Positions 50,166 to 62,538 of a stretch of 64,000 nt of DNA are shown here, one piece after another. Position 1 is the first letter of the stretch; the number at the start of each line of letters is the position of its first letter. The notes below the pieces were generated by a model. It ran no database searches. It was not told the origin of the DNA and worked only from the letters and a program-made list of their open reading frames with translations. This DNA comes from Methanotrichaceae archaeon. GTDB lineage: Archaea; Halobacteriota; Methanosarcinia; Methanotrichales; Methanotrichaceae. The stretch is taken from NCBI GenBank assembly GCA_963754945.1, contig CAVWIG010000028.1, forward strand, positions 166,130-230,129, in the 5' to 3' direction. The translations under genes and the position numbers were made by a program.

Positions 50166-51059
50166 GTGAGCTGGATAATTCTCGCTTTAATTAGCACTGT
50201 CTTCTTTTCTGCATCAGGATTACTGGATAAGTTCATCTTGAGCAATCATTCTTTCAATCCAAAATCTTATATAATTTGCCAGATATTTGTACAGCAGCTG
50301 TTCATTATTCCCATATTCATTTTTGCGGGTGTCGAGTTTACTTATCCGGTATCCATCTTTGCCATACTCTTAGGATCTTTCCAGGTAATTCCTGCCATAT
50401 ACTACATGAGGGCAATGCAAAATGAGGAGGTGTCCAGGGTTGCAGCCTTAGAATATCTATATCTTGTCTTCGTATTATTAGGCGCGGCAATCCTCCTAGG
50501 GGAGACTTTGACCCTTAAACATTATATCGGAGGATTGCTTTTGACCGTCAGCGTTGTACTTGTGTCCTACAGATTCAAAGGAAATGGTAGTCTACCCGGA
50601 ATATCCCCGGCCGTAAAGCAATTCTACATTTATTGGGCGTTCACCGCATTTTATTATCTAGCTCTTAAATATTTACTAGCATCGATGAATGAGTGGAACC
50701 TATTTGCCTGGTCTTCGATTGGTAATCTCATAATGGTAGCGCCTCTGATGACAGACAAAGGGGTTCGCAGAGATACTTTGAATTTCTTTGGAAATCACAC
50801 GTCGGCAATTGGTGCTCTGCTTTCTGAAGAGACATTCCACTTTTTGGGTGTAATATGCTCCATATCTGCCTATGCCTTGGGATCTGTGTCCCTGGTCACG
50901 ACGGTGGGCGCACTCCAGCCCTTCATGACCTTGATATCTGTGGTAGCCCTAAGCCAAATTAAACCCGGTCTAATCACCGAAGAGATTAACTCAAGTACAT
51001 TGGTGCAGAAGTTCATGTCAGTGGTTCTTGTAGCTGTTGGTATTTACTTTATATATTGA
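50166..51059 (+). CDS. EamA/DMT-family transporter
   Basis: About 10 TM helices, two EamA-like repeats (ILLGETLT; SLVTTVGALQP). Confidence 0.85.
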   Translation: MSWIILALISTVFFSASGLLDKFILSNHSFNPKSYIICQIFVQQLFIIPIFIFAGVEFTYPVSIFAILLGSFQVIPAIYYMRAMQNEEVSRVAALEYLYLVFVLLGAAILLGETLTLKHYIGGLLLTVSVVLVSYRFKGNGSLPGISPAVKQFYIYWAFTAFYYLALKYLLASMNEWNLFAWSSIGNLIMVAPLMTDKGVRRDTLNFFGNHTSAIGALLSEETFHFLGVICSISAYALGSVSLVTTVGALQPFMTLISVVALSQIKPGLITEEINSSTLVQKFMSVVLVAVGIYFIY

Positions 51060-51423
51060 TATTTAGATGCCTCGAATGCGGGATTGTTGAAACGTATGCA
51101 ATGCGGTCAGAGCTGGTTATTAAGAACGATATGATCTGTCTTATCATCATGAGTGATAGTAGGCTCCACCTAATATAAAGGATTATGAAAAAGGTATTCG
51201 AATTAGTGATTAGAACCAAAGCTCAGGTATCAGTAATACGAATTCTTCTTCACCGGAATTATTTCAAGTGATTCAAACCCAGTGCTTCGGCTCTGGCCTT
51301 CCGGATAGCATCACTCGGGATAGCTTCATGAAAGCTCTCCAGACGGATATTCCGCATCATGGCTCGAACCTCAAGAGACCAACTTTTCTAATCAGGACTG
51401 TAAAGGCTGTACAAGCATGCAGG

Positions 51424-52332
51424 TTAAGCAGTCTTTAGTCTGTTCAGAAGCTGGCACGCCTTGCACAAGTCCCCAACGCAGGGCTCGCAGCAAAGCCCAC
51501 AGGATGATAATTTCATAGGCGGGTAGCGCACAGCCAGCAGACCCGAGAGGCTGTCAAACCCCTTCATGCAGGACTGTTTGGTGCCTGGAAACTTCATCTC
51601 CAGGTTGTTGAGCATATCCCTCACATCCGAACGGAGAGACAAGCTTGCATAAGGGCACTCTGCCATCTTCACATAGAATCCCTTGACCATGCAGTACAGA
51701 GCGGTCTCTCGTTCAGGAATGTTCTTCAGCGGCTTGATCCTGGGTACCAAACCCGGCTGTATTCGTCGAGGCGCAAACCTGCCCAGGCGTTCTATGTCTC
51801 CTTTCATGTAGTTCATCAATATCGACTGGGCTTCGTCGTCAAGATCGTGGCCTGTAGCCACCTTCGTTGCCCCGTACACCTTGGCCGTCCGGTTCAATAG
51901 GCTCTTTCTCAAGACCCCACAGAAAGTGCAAGGAGCCTCTCTCTTTCCTGCGACTATCTCGTCCAGGCTCAAGCTGAACTCGTCTCTGAAGGAGACTATG
52001 ACGTGCTCGACTCCGAGCTCTTCGGTAATCTTTCGGGCCGATTTTATCGTGTCTTCTCTATACCCAACAATTCCCTCGTCAACGGTGACGGCAAACATCG
52101 TTATGTCCTTTCTGTCTGATAGAATCTTTTTCAGGATGTAAAGAAGGGCGGTGCTGTCCTTGCCACCGCTCAGAGCAACAGCGATTCGGTCTCCGCCTTG
52201 CAGCACCCGACCCTTTGCCACCGTATCTTTTACTCTATCCTCGAAATCCTCAACGAAATGCCTTTCGCAAAGGTGAGTGCACGAATACCTTTGAGATACA
52301 ATGGCGGTATCATCGCATTTGGAGCACTTCAT
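51424..52332 (-). CDS. TtuA/NcsA-like tRNA 2-thiolation protein (TIGR00269 family)
   Basis: Zn fingers at both ends, SGGKDS PP-loop, CTFCGVLR, ATGHDLDDEAQ, PRIKPL, ECPY. Confidence 0.9.
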   Translation of the reverse strand: MKCSKCDDTAIVSQRYSCTHLCERHFVEDFEDRVKDTVAKGRVLQGGDRIAVALSGGKDSTALLYILKKILSDRKDITMFAVTVDEGIVGYREDTIKSARKITEELGVEHVIVSFRDEFSLSLDEIVAGKREAPCTFCGVLRKSLLNRTAKVYGATKVATGHDLDDEAQSILMNYMKGDIERLGRFAPRRIQPGLVPRIKPLKNIPERETALYCMVKGFYVKMAECPYASLSLRSDVRDMLNNLEMKFPGTKQSCMKGFDSLSGLLAVRYPPMKLSSCGLCCEPCVGDLCKACQLLNRLKTA

Positions 52333-52526
52333 ATAATACCTCGAAGACGGGACCTTCGCAGAGGATCTTCTTCGACAGGTACACGCTTTCCCAAGGCGAT
52401 TATAATGGTTTGTCAACGTTGTTGCCTCAGATAGCCTATGCCATATCGAGTTTCAGCAGTGAGTGCCGTGCAATATTCGAGAAGCGGCTGTTAAAGTAGC
52501 ATCAATAGTTTGAAATAATTTCAGGG

Positions 52527-53075
52527 TTAGAGGTCGTGGATCACCTTTACCCTAAGCTTGGAAAAGTCCTCTTTGATCTCCACCATGAAGCCCATTCCCT
52601 TGAAGATCTCCTCCAGTTCGGCCTTAACGAACTTTTTTGGGAGATCCGAGCCAAAGATTAGAGTGAACTCCTCCTTGGATCTCTTCGACAACTGGAACAG
52701 ATTGCACATCTCAAGCCTTCGGAGGATGCTCTCGGCATTGTAGAGCTTGTGCTTGAACTGCTCGGCATGAGCCTGGCAGACCTCTTTGTGTAGCTCCCAG
52801 AACTTCTCCTTATCTGGGTGGGTTTCAATGAAGTTCAGAAACAGTATCCAATGATCTATGTCCAGAATTATGTGCTCGCCTGCCGACAGCATCTCAGCAT
52901 GGGTGTAGACCTGCTTATCCTCTGTAAACTCAAACAGGGACTTGTGCTTGCTGTAGAACTTCAGCGATTCACGCATGAGCTCGCTCTGCGAAATCCCCAG
53001 GTCATCCTTCATCTTCTTGAACAGGCCAGCCGTCTCTTCATCTAGGGCGATGGTTATCCTTTCCGGTGATTTCAT
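52527..53075 (-). CDS. CopG/ribbon-helix-helix transcription regulator with C-terminal effector domain
   Basis: ERITIALD...ISQSELMRESL RHH N-terminus. Confidence 0.8.
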   Translation of the reverse strand: MKSPERITIALDEETAGLFKKMKDDLGISQSELMRESLKFYSKHKSLFEFTEDKQVYTHAEMLSAGEHIILDIDHWILFLNFIETHPDKEKFWELHKEVCQAHAEQFKHKLYNAESILRRLEMCNLFQLSKRSKEEFTLIFGSDLPKKFVKAELEEIFKGMGFMVEIKEDFSKLRVKVIHDL

Positions 53076-53122
53076 CAGATCCTCATCAGTAATTCTTCCA
53101 TTATCCTTCCCGCTCTACATAT

Positions 53123-53197
53123 ATTACCTTTTTCCGGCATTACCTTTTGAGACATTGCCTTTTAGGAAATATTACTTTTCTTGGACATATTGCCTTT
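53123..53197. promoter_or_regulatory. Five direct repeats ATTRCYTTT spaced 15-18 bp, upstream of the RHH gene (candidate operator array)
   Basis: Copies at 53123, 53139, 53154, 53171 and 53189. Confidence 0.55.
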
Positions 53198-53322
53198 CTT
53201 GGACCTTCCTGGCAGGGATGATTTCGCTTCTGGATGCAAAACTAGAAAAAAGGTATGACTAACTGTGATGAGACCGACATGGTTATATTTTTGAATAGAT
53301 TTACCTGTGAGCCATGACATGG

Positions 53323-53454
53323 ATGGATGAAAAGAAGCAGGGCGGAAAAGACGTGTACAGTGAGAAGGAGAAGAAGAAGCTAGAGAAGGGGTCAGGGGAC
53401 GTCAAGGCCGTAACGGTCTTCTGCAACTGGCTCTACAGGGTTGTGTCCTGGTGA
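53323..53454 (+). CDS. Putative small protein (43 aa)
   Basis: MDEKKQGGKDVYSEKEKKKLEKGSGDVKAVTVFCNWLYRVVSW; host-like codon usage; fills the gap between neighbouring genes. Confidence 0.45.
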   Translation: MDEKKQGGKDVYSEKEKKKLEKGSGDVKAVTVFCNWLYRVVSW

Positions 53455-53481
53455 TTATTCGCCGGTCGACTTAAACAAACT

Positions 53482-54618
53482 TTAGCTCTGGGATTTTACT
53501 GCCGTTCGCAGCATGGCGGTCCGCGCCATCAATAGGTCCAGGACCTCTGCACGATGTCTTCCTGTGGCCAGGACGGACGCGACAGGATCGCTCTTCTTTA
53601 TAACCGATCCTGGTCTGGGAACATCTGTAATCCAATCCTTTTCCGTAATCCAGCGGGTCAAGAGTTCGCCGATCTTGACGTTCTCATCGGCAAAGAAGAT
53701 GGCCCTCCCGGCAACGTTCTTGGGCACCGTTATCTCAGGCAAAATGCCTTTAAAAGATTCAACATGGGCCTGGAAGACGTTTTTTCCAGTTGACATCTCC
53801 ACGGCGTCCAGGCTGCCCTGAAATCGCGGGTTCACTTCAACCACCATTGGCCCTCTTTCGGTCAGAAGGAAATCTACGCCGTTGCTTCCAACCAGCCCAA
53901 GCTCCGAGACGATCTCCTCCGCCATCCTGGCCATTTCAGGTTGTGGCCTGCCCTCACAGGATGTCAAGGCAGAGATTTCCAGCGGAGTTATATTACCGCT
54001 GTACCTGAATCCATCGGCTCCTGCCCAGGGTGCGCCTACGAGCTGCTCGTTTACGGCTATTGCCGTTGAATCTCGACCGGTGCCTATTACGGATACGCTT
54101 GCCGGCATGCCGGATAACCAGTCCTGGATTATCATCCCTTCTTCCAGCATCATGTCTTCTTCCATTTTCAGGTCCTCAGCCCTTTTCACCAGCTTGAAGC
54201 CCACACCACCAGCTCCTTTTCGGGGCTTAATCACAGCCGGAAAGCTGGCCTTTTCCGGAGACTCGCTAGTGGGTATGGACGGGAATCCTCTCTTCTCCAG
54301 CCAGCCGGCCAGCCAGAGCTTATCAGAGACAAGTGCAGCCTTCTCCGGCGGGTTGTTCAGGACGCGGACCCCATTTACCCGGGTCTCCTCCAGTCCCGGA
54401 CCGAGGACAACAGCATCAGGAGAAAACTTTTCCACATAGGTTTGGATCAGGCTTTCAGCTTGCGGAGCATCCAGCAGCTGCGGAAGGAGCGCGATGCAGT
54501 AGGAACAGGCCTCCAGATCCAGATCGCAGAAGCTATCAGCTGCGAAGACCTTATGGCTGGCTCTTGCCGCGGAGCAGGCTATGTGCCTGACGCTATAGCC
54601 CACGATTAGAATCTTCAT
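53482..54618 (-). CDS. ATP-grasp domain protein (COG2232-like carboligase)
   Basis: DSFCDLDL, IKPRKGAGG, FRYSGNITP, GSNGVDF, EVNPRFQG. Confidence 0.85.
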   Translation of the reverse strand: MKILIVGYSVRHIACSAARASHKVFAADSFCDLDLEACSYCIALLPQLLDAPQAESLIQTYVEKFSPDAVVLGPGLEETRVNGVRVLNNPPEKAALVSDKLWLAGWLEKRGFPSIPTSESPEKASFPAVIKPRKGAGGVGFKLVKRAEDLKMEEDMMLEEGMIIQDWLSGMPASVSVIGTGRDSTAIAVNEQLVGAPWAGADGFRYSGNITPLEISALTSCEGRPQPEMARMAEEIVSELGLVGSNGVDFLLTERGPMVVEVNPRFQGSLDAVEMSTGKNVFQAHVESFKGILPEITVPKNVAGRAIFFADENVKIGELLTRWITEKDWITDVPRPGSVIKKSDPVASVLATGRHRAEVLDLLMARTAMLRTAVKSQS

Positions 54619-54666
54619 AGATCGAATAATCCTATTGCAAGACCAGAAATCCTCCACAACTCAGTC

Positions 54667-55209
54667 TTATTTATCCGGAAAATCCTTCTTACGATGGCCG
54701 ACAACCTGTTTTCCCCTCGGAGACGGAATTATTTCAAGTCCGCCATCAAAATTTTTTGTCAGCTCACGCCCTTCCATGAGATGGTCGAGGAAGACTGCAA
54801 GGGCTGCTACCTCGGAGTGGGGCTGGCTTCCGACGGCCACGTTCCAGTCGGCAAGATCGTACATCTCTGACGGCACTTTTTCAGCTCCCACTACAACTAA
54901 AATATTGTCGTGCATCCTGATTTCATCTATGACGCTCTGCATTCTGGATCCGTACATGGTCAGGTGGACAACCTTGCCACCGGCTTCTTTCCAGCGGACG
55001 ACCTCACCCTTCCAGCTCACGTCCGTCTTGAGGCGAAAGTCACCGCCCCATCTCTCCACTACGTCTGCCAGGCTCTCCTCTACGCTAGGGTCGCGCCCGA
55101 CCAGAAGCATCTTCTCGGCTCCGAACGCCCTGGATACCAAGCCTACGTGGGTGGTGATCCTCTTGTCCCGCTCCGGCCTGTGGCCCAGACGCAGAACTGT
55201 AACTCGCAT
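54667..55209 (-). CDS. trm56: tRNA (cytidine(56)-2'-O)-methyltransferase aTrm56
   Basis: LRLGHRPERDKRITTHV, HLTMYG, VVGAEKVP, QPHSEVAALAVFLD. Confidence 0.96.
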   Translation of the reverse strand: MRVTVLRLGHRPERDKRITTHVGLVSRAFGAEKMLLVGRDPSVEESLADVVERWGGDFRLKTDVSWKGEVVRWKEAGGKVVHLTMYGSRMQSVIDEIRMHDNILVVVGAEKVPSEMYDLADWNVAVGSQPHSEVAALAVFLDHLMEGRELTKNFDGGLEIIPSPRGKQVVGHRKKDFPDK

Positions 55210-55285
55210 GGCAGGCTTTGAGAATTGGCCTGCTATTTATTCCCTTCCAAAATAGATAAATTCATGTGGCACTTCTCTCCTATTG

Positions 55286-57424
55286 ATGAACCTGTGCGAG
55301 GAATGCAAAGGGAAGGGGTACCTCCAAGTTGGGGAGAAGACCTGTCCAAACTGCAACGGCAGCGGAAAGACCGAGTCCATCAGCCTTGGTGAAGCTTCAG
55401 ATAGCGATATGAAGGAGCTGATAGAGCGTGGCTCAGCCAAATGCACCGTCTGTCACGGATCTGGAAGCATCCCGGTCACCGAGTCCTGTGAGGCTTGCCG
55501 CGGCCTCGGGCGAGAATACCTCTGCCTTGTGTGCGGCGCCAAGCTCACGACCAAGAAGGAGTTGTGCGAAAAGTGCTCAAAGAAGCCCCTGGTGCACATC
55601 CTCGATCAGGCCTGCGATACGGGAGATGTTGTCGTCGGCGACGTCTACCAGGGAAAGGTCAATGGATTGGCCAACTTCGGCGCTTTCGTAGATCTAAACG
55701 ACCACGTCAGAGGCCTTGCCCACAACAAATACCTGAAATCCAAGCCTGAGGTGGGAGATCCTATCCTGGTCTGCGTCAGGAACGTGGCTCCAAACGGCAA
55801 CATCGAGCTTGAGCCCGTTGAGCTGAAGGAGTACAACACAGTCGAGGTTGATAAGGATCTGCCGGTCTCCAAAACGGCAGAGCTGGATAAGCAGGTCGGT
55901 AAATTGGTCAGCATAAAGGGCGAGGTGATTCAGGTCAAGCAGACAGGCGGGCCTACCATCTTCACAGTTGCCGACGACAGCGGACTGGTCTTCGGGGCGG
56001 CCTTCGAGCGCGCTGGCGTACGGGCTTACGCCGATATCGACAGCGAGATGATGGTCAGGATGGTCGGGGAGGTAACCCTGCGTAACGGCCAGGTTCAGAT
56101 CGAGATCAGATCCTTGAAGCAGCTGTGGGGCGGAGAGGCATCAAAGGTAAAGGAGCAGATTGAGCAGGCCATCGATAAAAGGGCTGAACCATCGGACCCT
56201 GGATTCCTGGTAGAGAGCGAGGTCATGACAAGGCTCAAGCCCGCCATGCTGGCCGTTGCCAAGGAGATCCGCCGAGCTGTCCTAAAGTCTCAGCCAATAG
56301 TCGTACGACACCACGCCGATGCCGACGGCATTACCGCTGCTGTGGCCATCGAGACGGCCATCCTCCCTTTGATAAAGGAGGTCGGCGGACCGGATTCCGA
56401 GTACTACAACTACCGGCGCGCTCCTTCCAAGGCTCCGTTCTACGAGCTGGAGGACGTGACCAAGGACCTCAGCTACGCCCTGGAAGACCAGACAAGGCAC
56501 GGCCAGAAGATGCCCCTCATCGTCTTGATGGACAACGGCTCCACCGAGGAGGACGTACCTGCCATGAAGCAGGCTCAGGTCTATGGCCTTGAGATGCTGG
56601 TTGTGGACCACCACCATCCCAACGATGTGGTTGATCAGTACCTCATAGGTCACGTGAATCCGGCTCACGCCGGCGGCGACTTTGGTGTCACCACTGGAAT
56701 GCTGGCCACTGAGATTGCCAGGATGATCTACCCGGAGGTTGAGAGCAAGATTAAGCACTTCCCTGCTGTCTCAGCCGTTGGCGACAGAAGCGAGGCGGTG
56801 GAACGTGAAAGGTACATCAAGCTGGTGGAGGACAAGTTCGGGCTCGAGGATCTCAAGAAAATGGCGCTCGCCCTGGACTACGAGGCCTTCTGGCTGCGGT
56901 TCAACGAGGGGCGAGGCCTTATCAACGATATCCTGTGCCTCGGCAGACTCGACCGTCATCAGAAGATAGTCGATCTTCTATGCGACCAGGCAAACGGCAT
57001 GATCGACGAGCAGCTAAGGGCAACGATGGGCAACGTCAAGAGCACCAAGCTCCCCAACGGCGTGATCATGAACGTTCTGGACGTAGAGAACTTCGCCCAT
57101 AAGTTTACCTTCCCGCCACCCGGAAAGACCAGCGGTGAGGTCCACGATAGGCTGTGCCAGAAGTTCGCCGGAAAGCCTGTGTTGACCATAGGTTACGGCC
57201 CGGACTTTGCAGTGCTTCGATCTCGGGGTGTTCGCATGAACATCCCCCAGATGGTTCGCGAGCTTATGGTAGAGATCCCCAACGGCGGTGTCAGCGGCGG
57301 CGGCCACCTTGTAGTCGGCTCGATCAAGTTCGTTGGCGGAATGAGAAAAGACGTGCTGGCAAAGCTGGCGGAGAAGATTGCAGCCTGTGCAGTGGATGAG
57401 GTTATTCCGATCAAGAAAGTCTAA
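55286..57424 (+). CDS. Archaeal RecJ-like DHH phosphoesterase with DnaJ-type Zn finger and S1/OB domains (COG1107)
   Basis: CxxCxGxG repeats, S1 motif, HHADADG, DNGST, DHHHP, GGGH. Confidence 0.92.
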   Translation: MNLCEECKGKGYLQVGEKTCPNCNGSGKTESISLGEASDSDMKELIERGSAKCTVCHGSGSIPVTESCEACRGLGREYLCLVCGAKLTTKKELCEKCSKKPLVHILDQACDTGDVVVGDVYQGKVNGLANFGAFVDLNDHVRGLAHNKYLKSKPEVGDPILVCVRNVAPNGNIELEPVELKEYNTVEVDKDLPVSKTAELDKQVGKLVSIKGEVIQVKQTGGPTIFTVADDSGLVFGAAFERAGVRAYADIDSEMMVRMVGEVTLRNGQVQIEIRSLKQLWGGEASKVKEQIEQAIDKRAEPSDPGFLVESEVMTRLKPAMLAVAKEIRRAVLKSQPIVVRHHADADGITAAVAIETAILPLIKEVGGPDSEYYNYRRAPSKAPFYELEDVTKDLSYALEDQTRHGQKMPLIVLMDNGSTEEDVPAMKQAQVYGLEMLVVDHHHPNDVVDQYLIGHVNPAHAGGDFGVTTGMLATEIARMIYPEVESKIKHFPAVSAVGDRSEAVERERYIKLVEDKFGLEDLKKMALALDYEAFWLRFNEGRGLINDILCLGRLDRHQKIVDLLCDQANGMIDEQLRATMGNVKSTKLPNGVIMNVLDVENFAHKFTFPPPGKTSGEVHDRLCQKFAGKPVLTIGYGPDFAVLRSRGVRMNIPQMVRELMVEIPNGGVSGGGHLVVGSIKFVGGMRKDVLAKLAEKIAACAVDEVIPIKKV

Positions 57425-57495
57425 TCAAGAAAGTCTAAGAGGTTGCAAGCAAATCTTGATTGAATTCAAGTCCTTAGAGAAGGAAAAATGGGTGC

Positions 57496-57753
57496 CTATT
57501 CGACAACAGCCGTCTCCTGGGGAGCATTTACCGTATGTCCGCCTATCGGAGGGATAGTATGACCTAGCCGGATGCCCAAAAACACCCATTCTTCTATAAC
57601 TCCAATAAGTTCCCTTCTCGCCTCTTCGAGGGTTTTGCCTGTAGCCCATGCGCCAGGCAGTTGGGGAACAGAGACGAAAATAGGCTCTCCTTCACCAATA
57701 AGTGTCTTGTAAACCGCTATCTCCAAGGTGGCCGCTATATACTCTGCAAACAT
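57496..57753 (-). CDS. hicB: HicB-family antitoxin (orphan)
   Basis: MFAEYIAATL...VPQLPGAWATGKTLEEARRELIGVIEEW...IPPI. Confidence 0.85.
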   Translation of the reverse strand: MFAEYIAATLEIAVYKTLIGEGEPIFVSVPQLPGAWATGKTLEEARRELIGVIEEWVFLGIRLGHTIPPIGGHTVNAPQETAVVE

Positions 57754-58267
57754 CAGACCCCATTACGCCTTGAATGAATTTAGCACTATCCTGACAAGGG
57801 TGAAGTCCAGATGCACGTATTAACATTCATAGTGAGATATACAACTGCCAAAAATGGCCCAACTCACCCATCTGGCCAACCGGTCGTTCTGGTACAACTA
57901 TGAAATGATTCATCGACAATTGCCCGATTATGGTTTTTCTGAGAGCGGCTAAGTTCAAGACGTTCTGTATAATCTGGCGCGTATAGCAGGGAGTTTGACC
58001 TCAATTTCGCTTTTATGATAATTTAGTTAGGTTACGCAACAGCGAAAAATAAGGAAATAACTTGCAGGTTGTATATACTGCAAGAGGCTGGAATTAGCCC
58101 TTTGCGCAAGTTACCACCAAATTTGCCGGTATCTTTTGGATATCCTAAAACTCTGGGCCAAGATCTGAACATTCCGGTTCAGCGGCGGCGATACGCCATC
58201 CGCTGGAACCGATTGTTAGCTGATCGTTTTTTTTCGCCCCTGTCAGAAGCCCTCGAAGACGTTTATT

Positions 58268-60454
<2,187 letters not shown>

Positions 60455-60820
60455 TCATTATCTAAATTATTGAAAAGCGCTATTAGAATAACCATGTTTC
60501 GATGCCAATATAGCTAACATGGATTAGTCCGCCTACTTGCAGTAATAATTCACAGCAACCATATATTCATCATGAAAAATCGGTGAAATACGTGCGAGGG
60601 GTCTCATCCCACGCGAATATCAAGAACAGCAGATTGCTGGAGACCAGGTAAAGTACTGCGATGTTGGGTGAAGATTTGAATTCTTCGAATTTTTTATATC
60701 TTTATGTTCTTTCATGGCAATCTCTCCCCATTTCATTGATGGTTTCTGATATTCGCCTTGAATGACATTCTATTAAGATATAGTTCTAAAATGTCTCTGA
60801 CCCCAGGCAAATGAGAAGTG

Positions 60821-61362
60821 CTACTCACTCAATAATTTATAAATATTTATATAATATCTTGTCTCAATTTTCCCTGGTTTTAACGCTTACATCTGCGTGA
60901 ATCCCAAACCGGATTTCATATAAAGAGCAAGGGATTCTGCTTTAGGGTCTACAGTTATGTATCTACACCCGACCGCCTTGCAAACCACATCAGTTATCAG
61001 TCCAACTGCCCACTTTAGAATTTTGGTTCCGAGTCCTTTACGCTCATATTGCTTTATCACTGCCATGCGACCTATTAGGATACACGGGAGATTAGAAAAT
61101 AGAGACCTACCATCTTGCTTTCTCACTATGTCATCAGTCTTTAAACGTTGTACCGCAACTGAATCAGCACTTAGGGAGACAAAACCAATAACACGTCTTC
61201 ATAGAAGAAAAGGTAGGTCCTGCTCAACATGCACCTCTGCTCATGAAGGGCATCGTTTTTTATAAAATCATCTAAATCGTCGCTTGCACAATGAAAATCA
61301 CTAAAATCGTGATGACTGCTTAATGGCTCAACGCTTATACTGTCCCAATCAATTGAGGCCAT
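60821..61362 (-). pseudogene. GNAT-family acetyltransferase toxin with a frameshift (~61190) and a premature TAA at 60887
   Basis: FSDFHCASDDLDDFIKNDA / VIGFVSLSADS..LPCILIGRMAV..GLGTKIL..GCRYITVD; frame continues to TAG at 60821. Confidence 0.8.
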
Positions 61363-61514
61363 CAAAACTTGATTGGATGAGACTGATATATCCTTTGTGC
61401 TGCCTTAAGCTGGAGCTTCTGCTCAGGGGTAACGACATAGGTGTTTTCATTCTGCCAAAATACCTTGGCATCTTCGTCGTTTAGGGTTAAACCAAGCCTC
61501 AGCGCCTTTGCCAT
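61362..61514 (-). CDS. Small (50 aa) putative antitoxin upstream of the GNAT toxin
   Basis: MAKALRLGLTLNDEDAKVFWQNEN...; TGATG coupling to the GNAT gene; resembles the L-x-G-EDA-x-x-F pattern of GNAT-associated antitoxins. Confidence 0.65.
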   Translation of the reverse strand: MAKALRLGLTLNDEDAKVFWQNENTYVVTPEQKLQLKAAQRIYQSHPIKF

Positions 61515-61776
61515 ATTCTGTATACTCCAACAGCACTATTACTGACTATTACTGCATTTAGCCATTTTACGTATTTAAATGTCACTCTGGAATAGTGCGG
61601 CCAGGCTCTGTAGAAAAGAGCCCGCAACGCATGCTGCAGGTCGGAGATGTTTTATATTTATAATATAAGTCGATCGCGCATAACGCCGTATGAAGACGTA
61701 GCAGGTTAGGATTTTAGTTATCCTCAAGCGGCCTAGAAATTTATATTGATCGACTCAGCATCAAATCGATTATCTT

Positions 61777-61953
61777 TTACTTTGGAATCCATCCAAGTTT
61801 TCGCTCTATGATAGCTTCGGCGTTCTCCGTCAGGATCACTCGTTGGGCAATATGTCTTCCTGTCTTTGCTATAACCCGCGGGTCGCTGACCTTCCTAGCT
61901 TCGGCCCGGATTCTGTAGCCTCGAACGGAGTCTCCAACCTTGTAACACTCCAT
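61777..61953 (-). CDS. Small hypothetical protein (58 aa) coupled to the RHH gene
   Basis: MECYKVGDSVRGYRIRAEARK...; TGATG overlap with 61953-62282. Confidence 0.45.
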   Translation of the reverse strand: MECYKVGDSVRGYRIRAEARKVSDPRVIAKTGRHIAQRVILTENAEAIIERKLGWIPK

Positions 61954-62282
61954 CAAAGCACCGCCAGGCGTCCTTCTCTCTTAAGTTCGTCTACGATCTG
62001 GCAGATCAATTTATAATCGAGTTCCAGATCTTCCTCGATCTCGGAGGGATATGCTTCGCCTCTTTCCTGGAAATATCCCATGACTTCCTTCTTGGCGGTC
62101 TCATAATCCACATCACGGTATTTTATGGTCTTGATGGCTGCGAGTTTGTCCCTTACGGCATCCCTGACGAAGTCAGAGGTGTTCAGGTAGACGCCCGATT
62201 CAACCAGCTGCTTGATCTGCTCCAGTTCTACGGCAGAGACCATTGACCCGATAACACGACCCTTAGATCTAACAGCATCCAT
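61953..62282 (-). CDS. Ribbon-helix-helix protein with C-terminal winged helix (antitoxin-like regulator)
   Basis: LVESGVYLNTSDFVRDAVRDKL; EAYPSEIEEDLELDY. Confidence 0.8.
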   Translation of the reverse strand: MDAVRSKGRVIGSMVSAVELEQIKQLVESGVYLNTSDFVRDAVRDKLAAIKTIKYRDVDYETAKKEVMGYFQERGEAYPSEIEEDLELDYKLICQIVDELKREGRLAVL

Positions 62283-62538
62283 CGTGAGGTTTGAGATGGT
62301 TAAATTAATGAAAAAGCATTTCGGTCTCCTTACGGGGTCGATTTTGGGTCAAGAGAGAAAGCTGGCAGAGCATCCGATCAAATCGAGCGCAAACTACTAT
62401 GAGGAGCGGGGCTCAGGCTGCGCGGGTGCAGCTTCAGCTTCGCCGGTGTTGGCCGTATTTGGAGTATCCCATTTTAGTCCGTATAAGGCTGGGACAGGAT
62501 AATGTTAAATTCATTTAGGGAATTAATAGTATCTCGAT

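Noticed and set aside
60887-60889. In-frame stop in the GNAT gene as recoding (Pyl/Sec)
   Set aside because: The codon is TAA and the gene also has a frameshift
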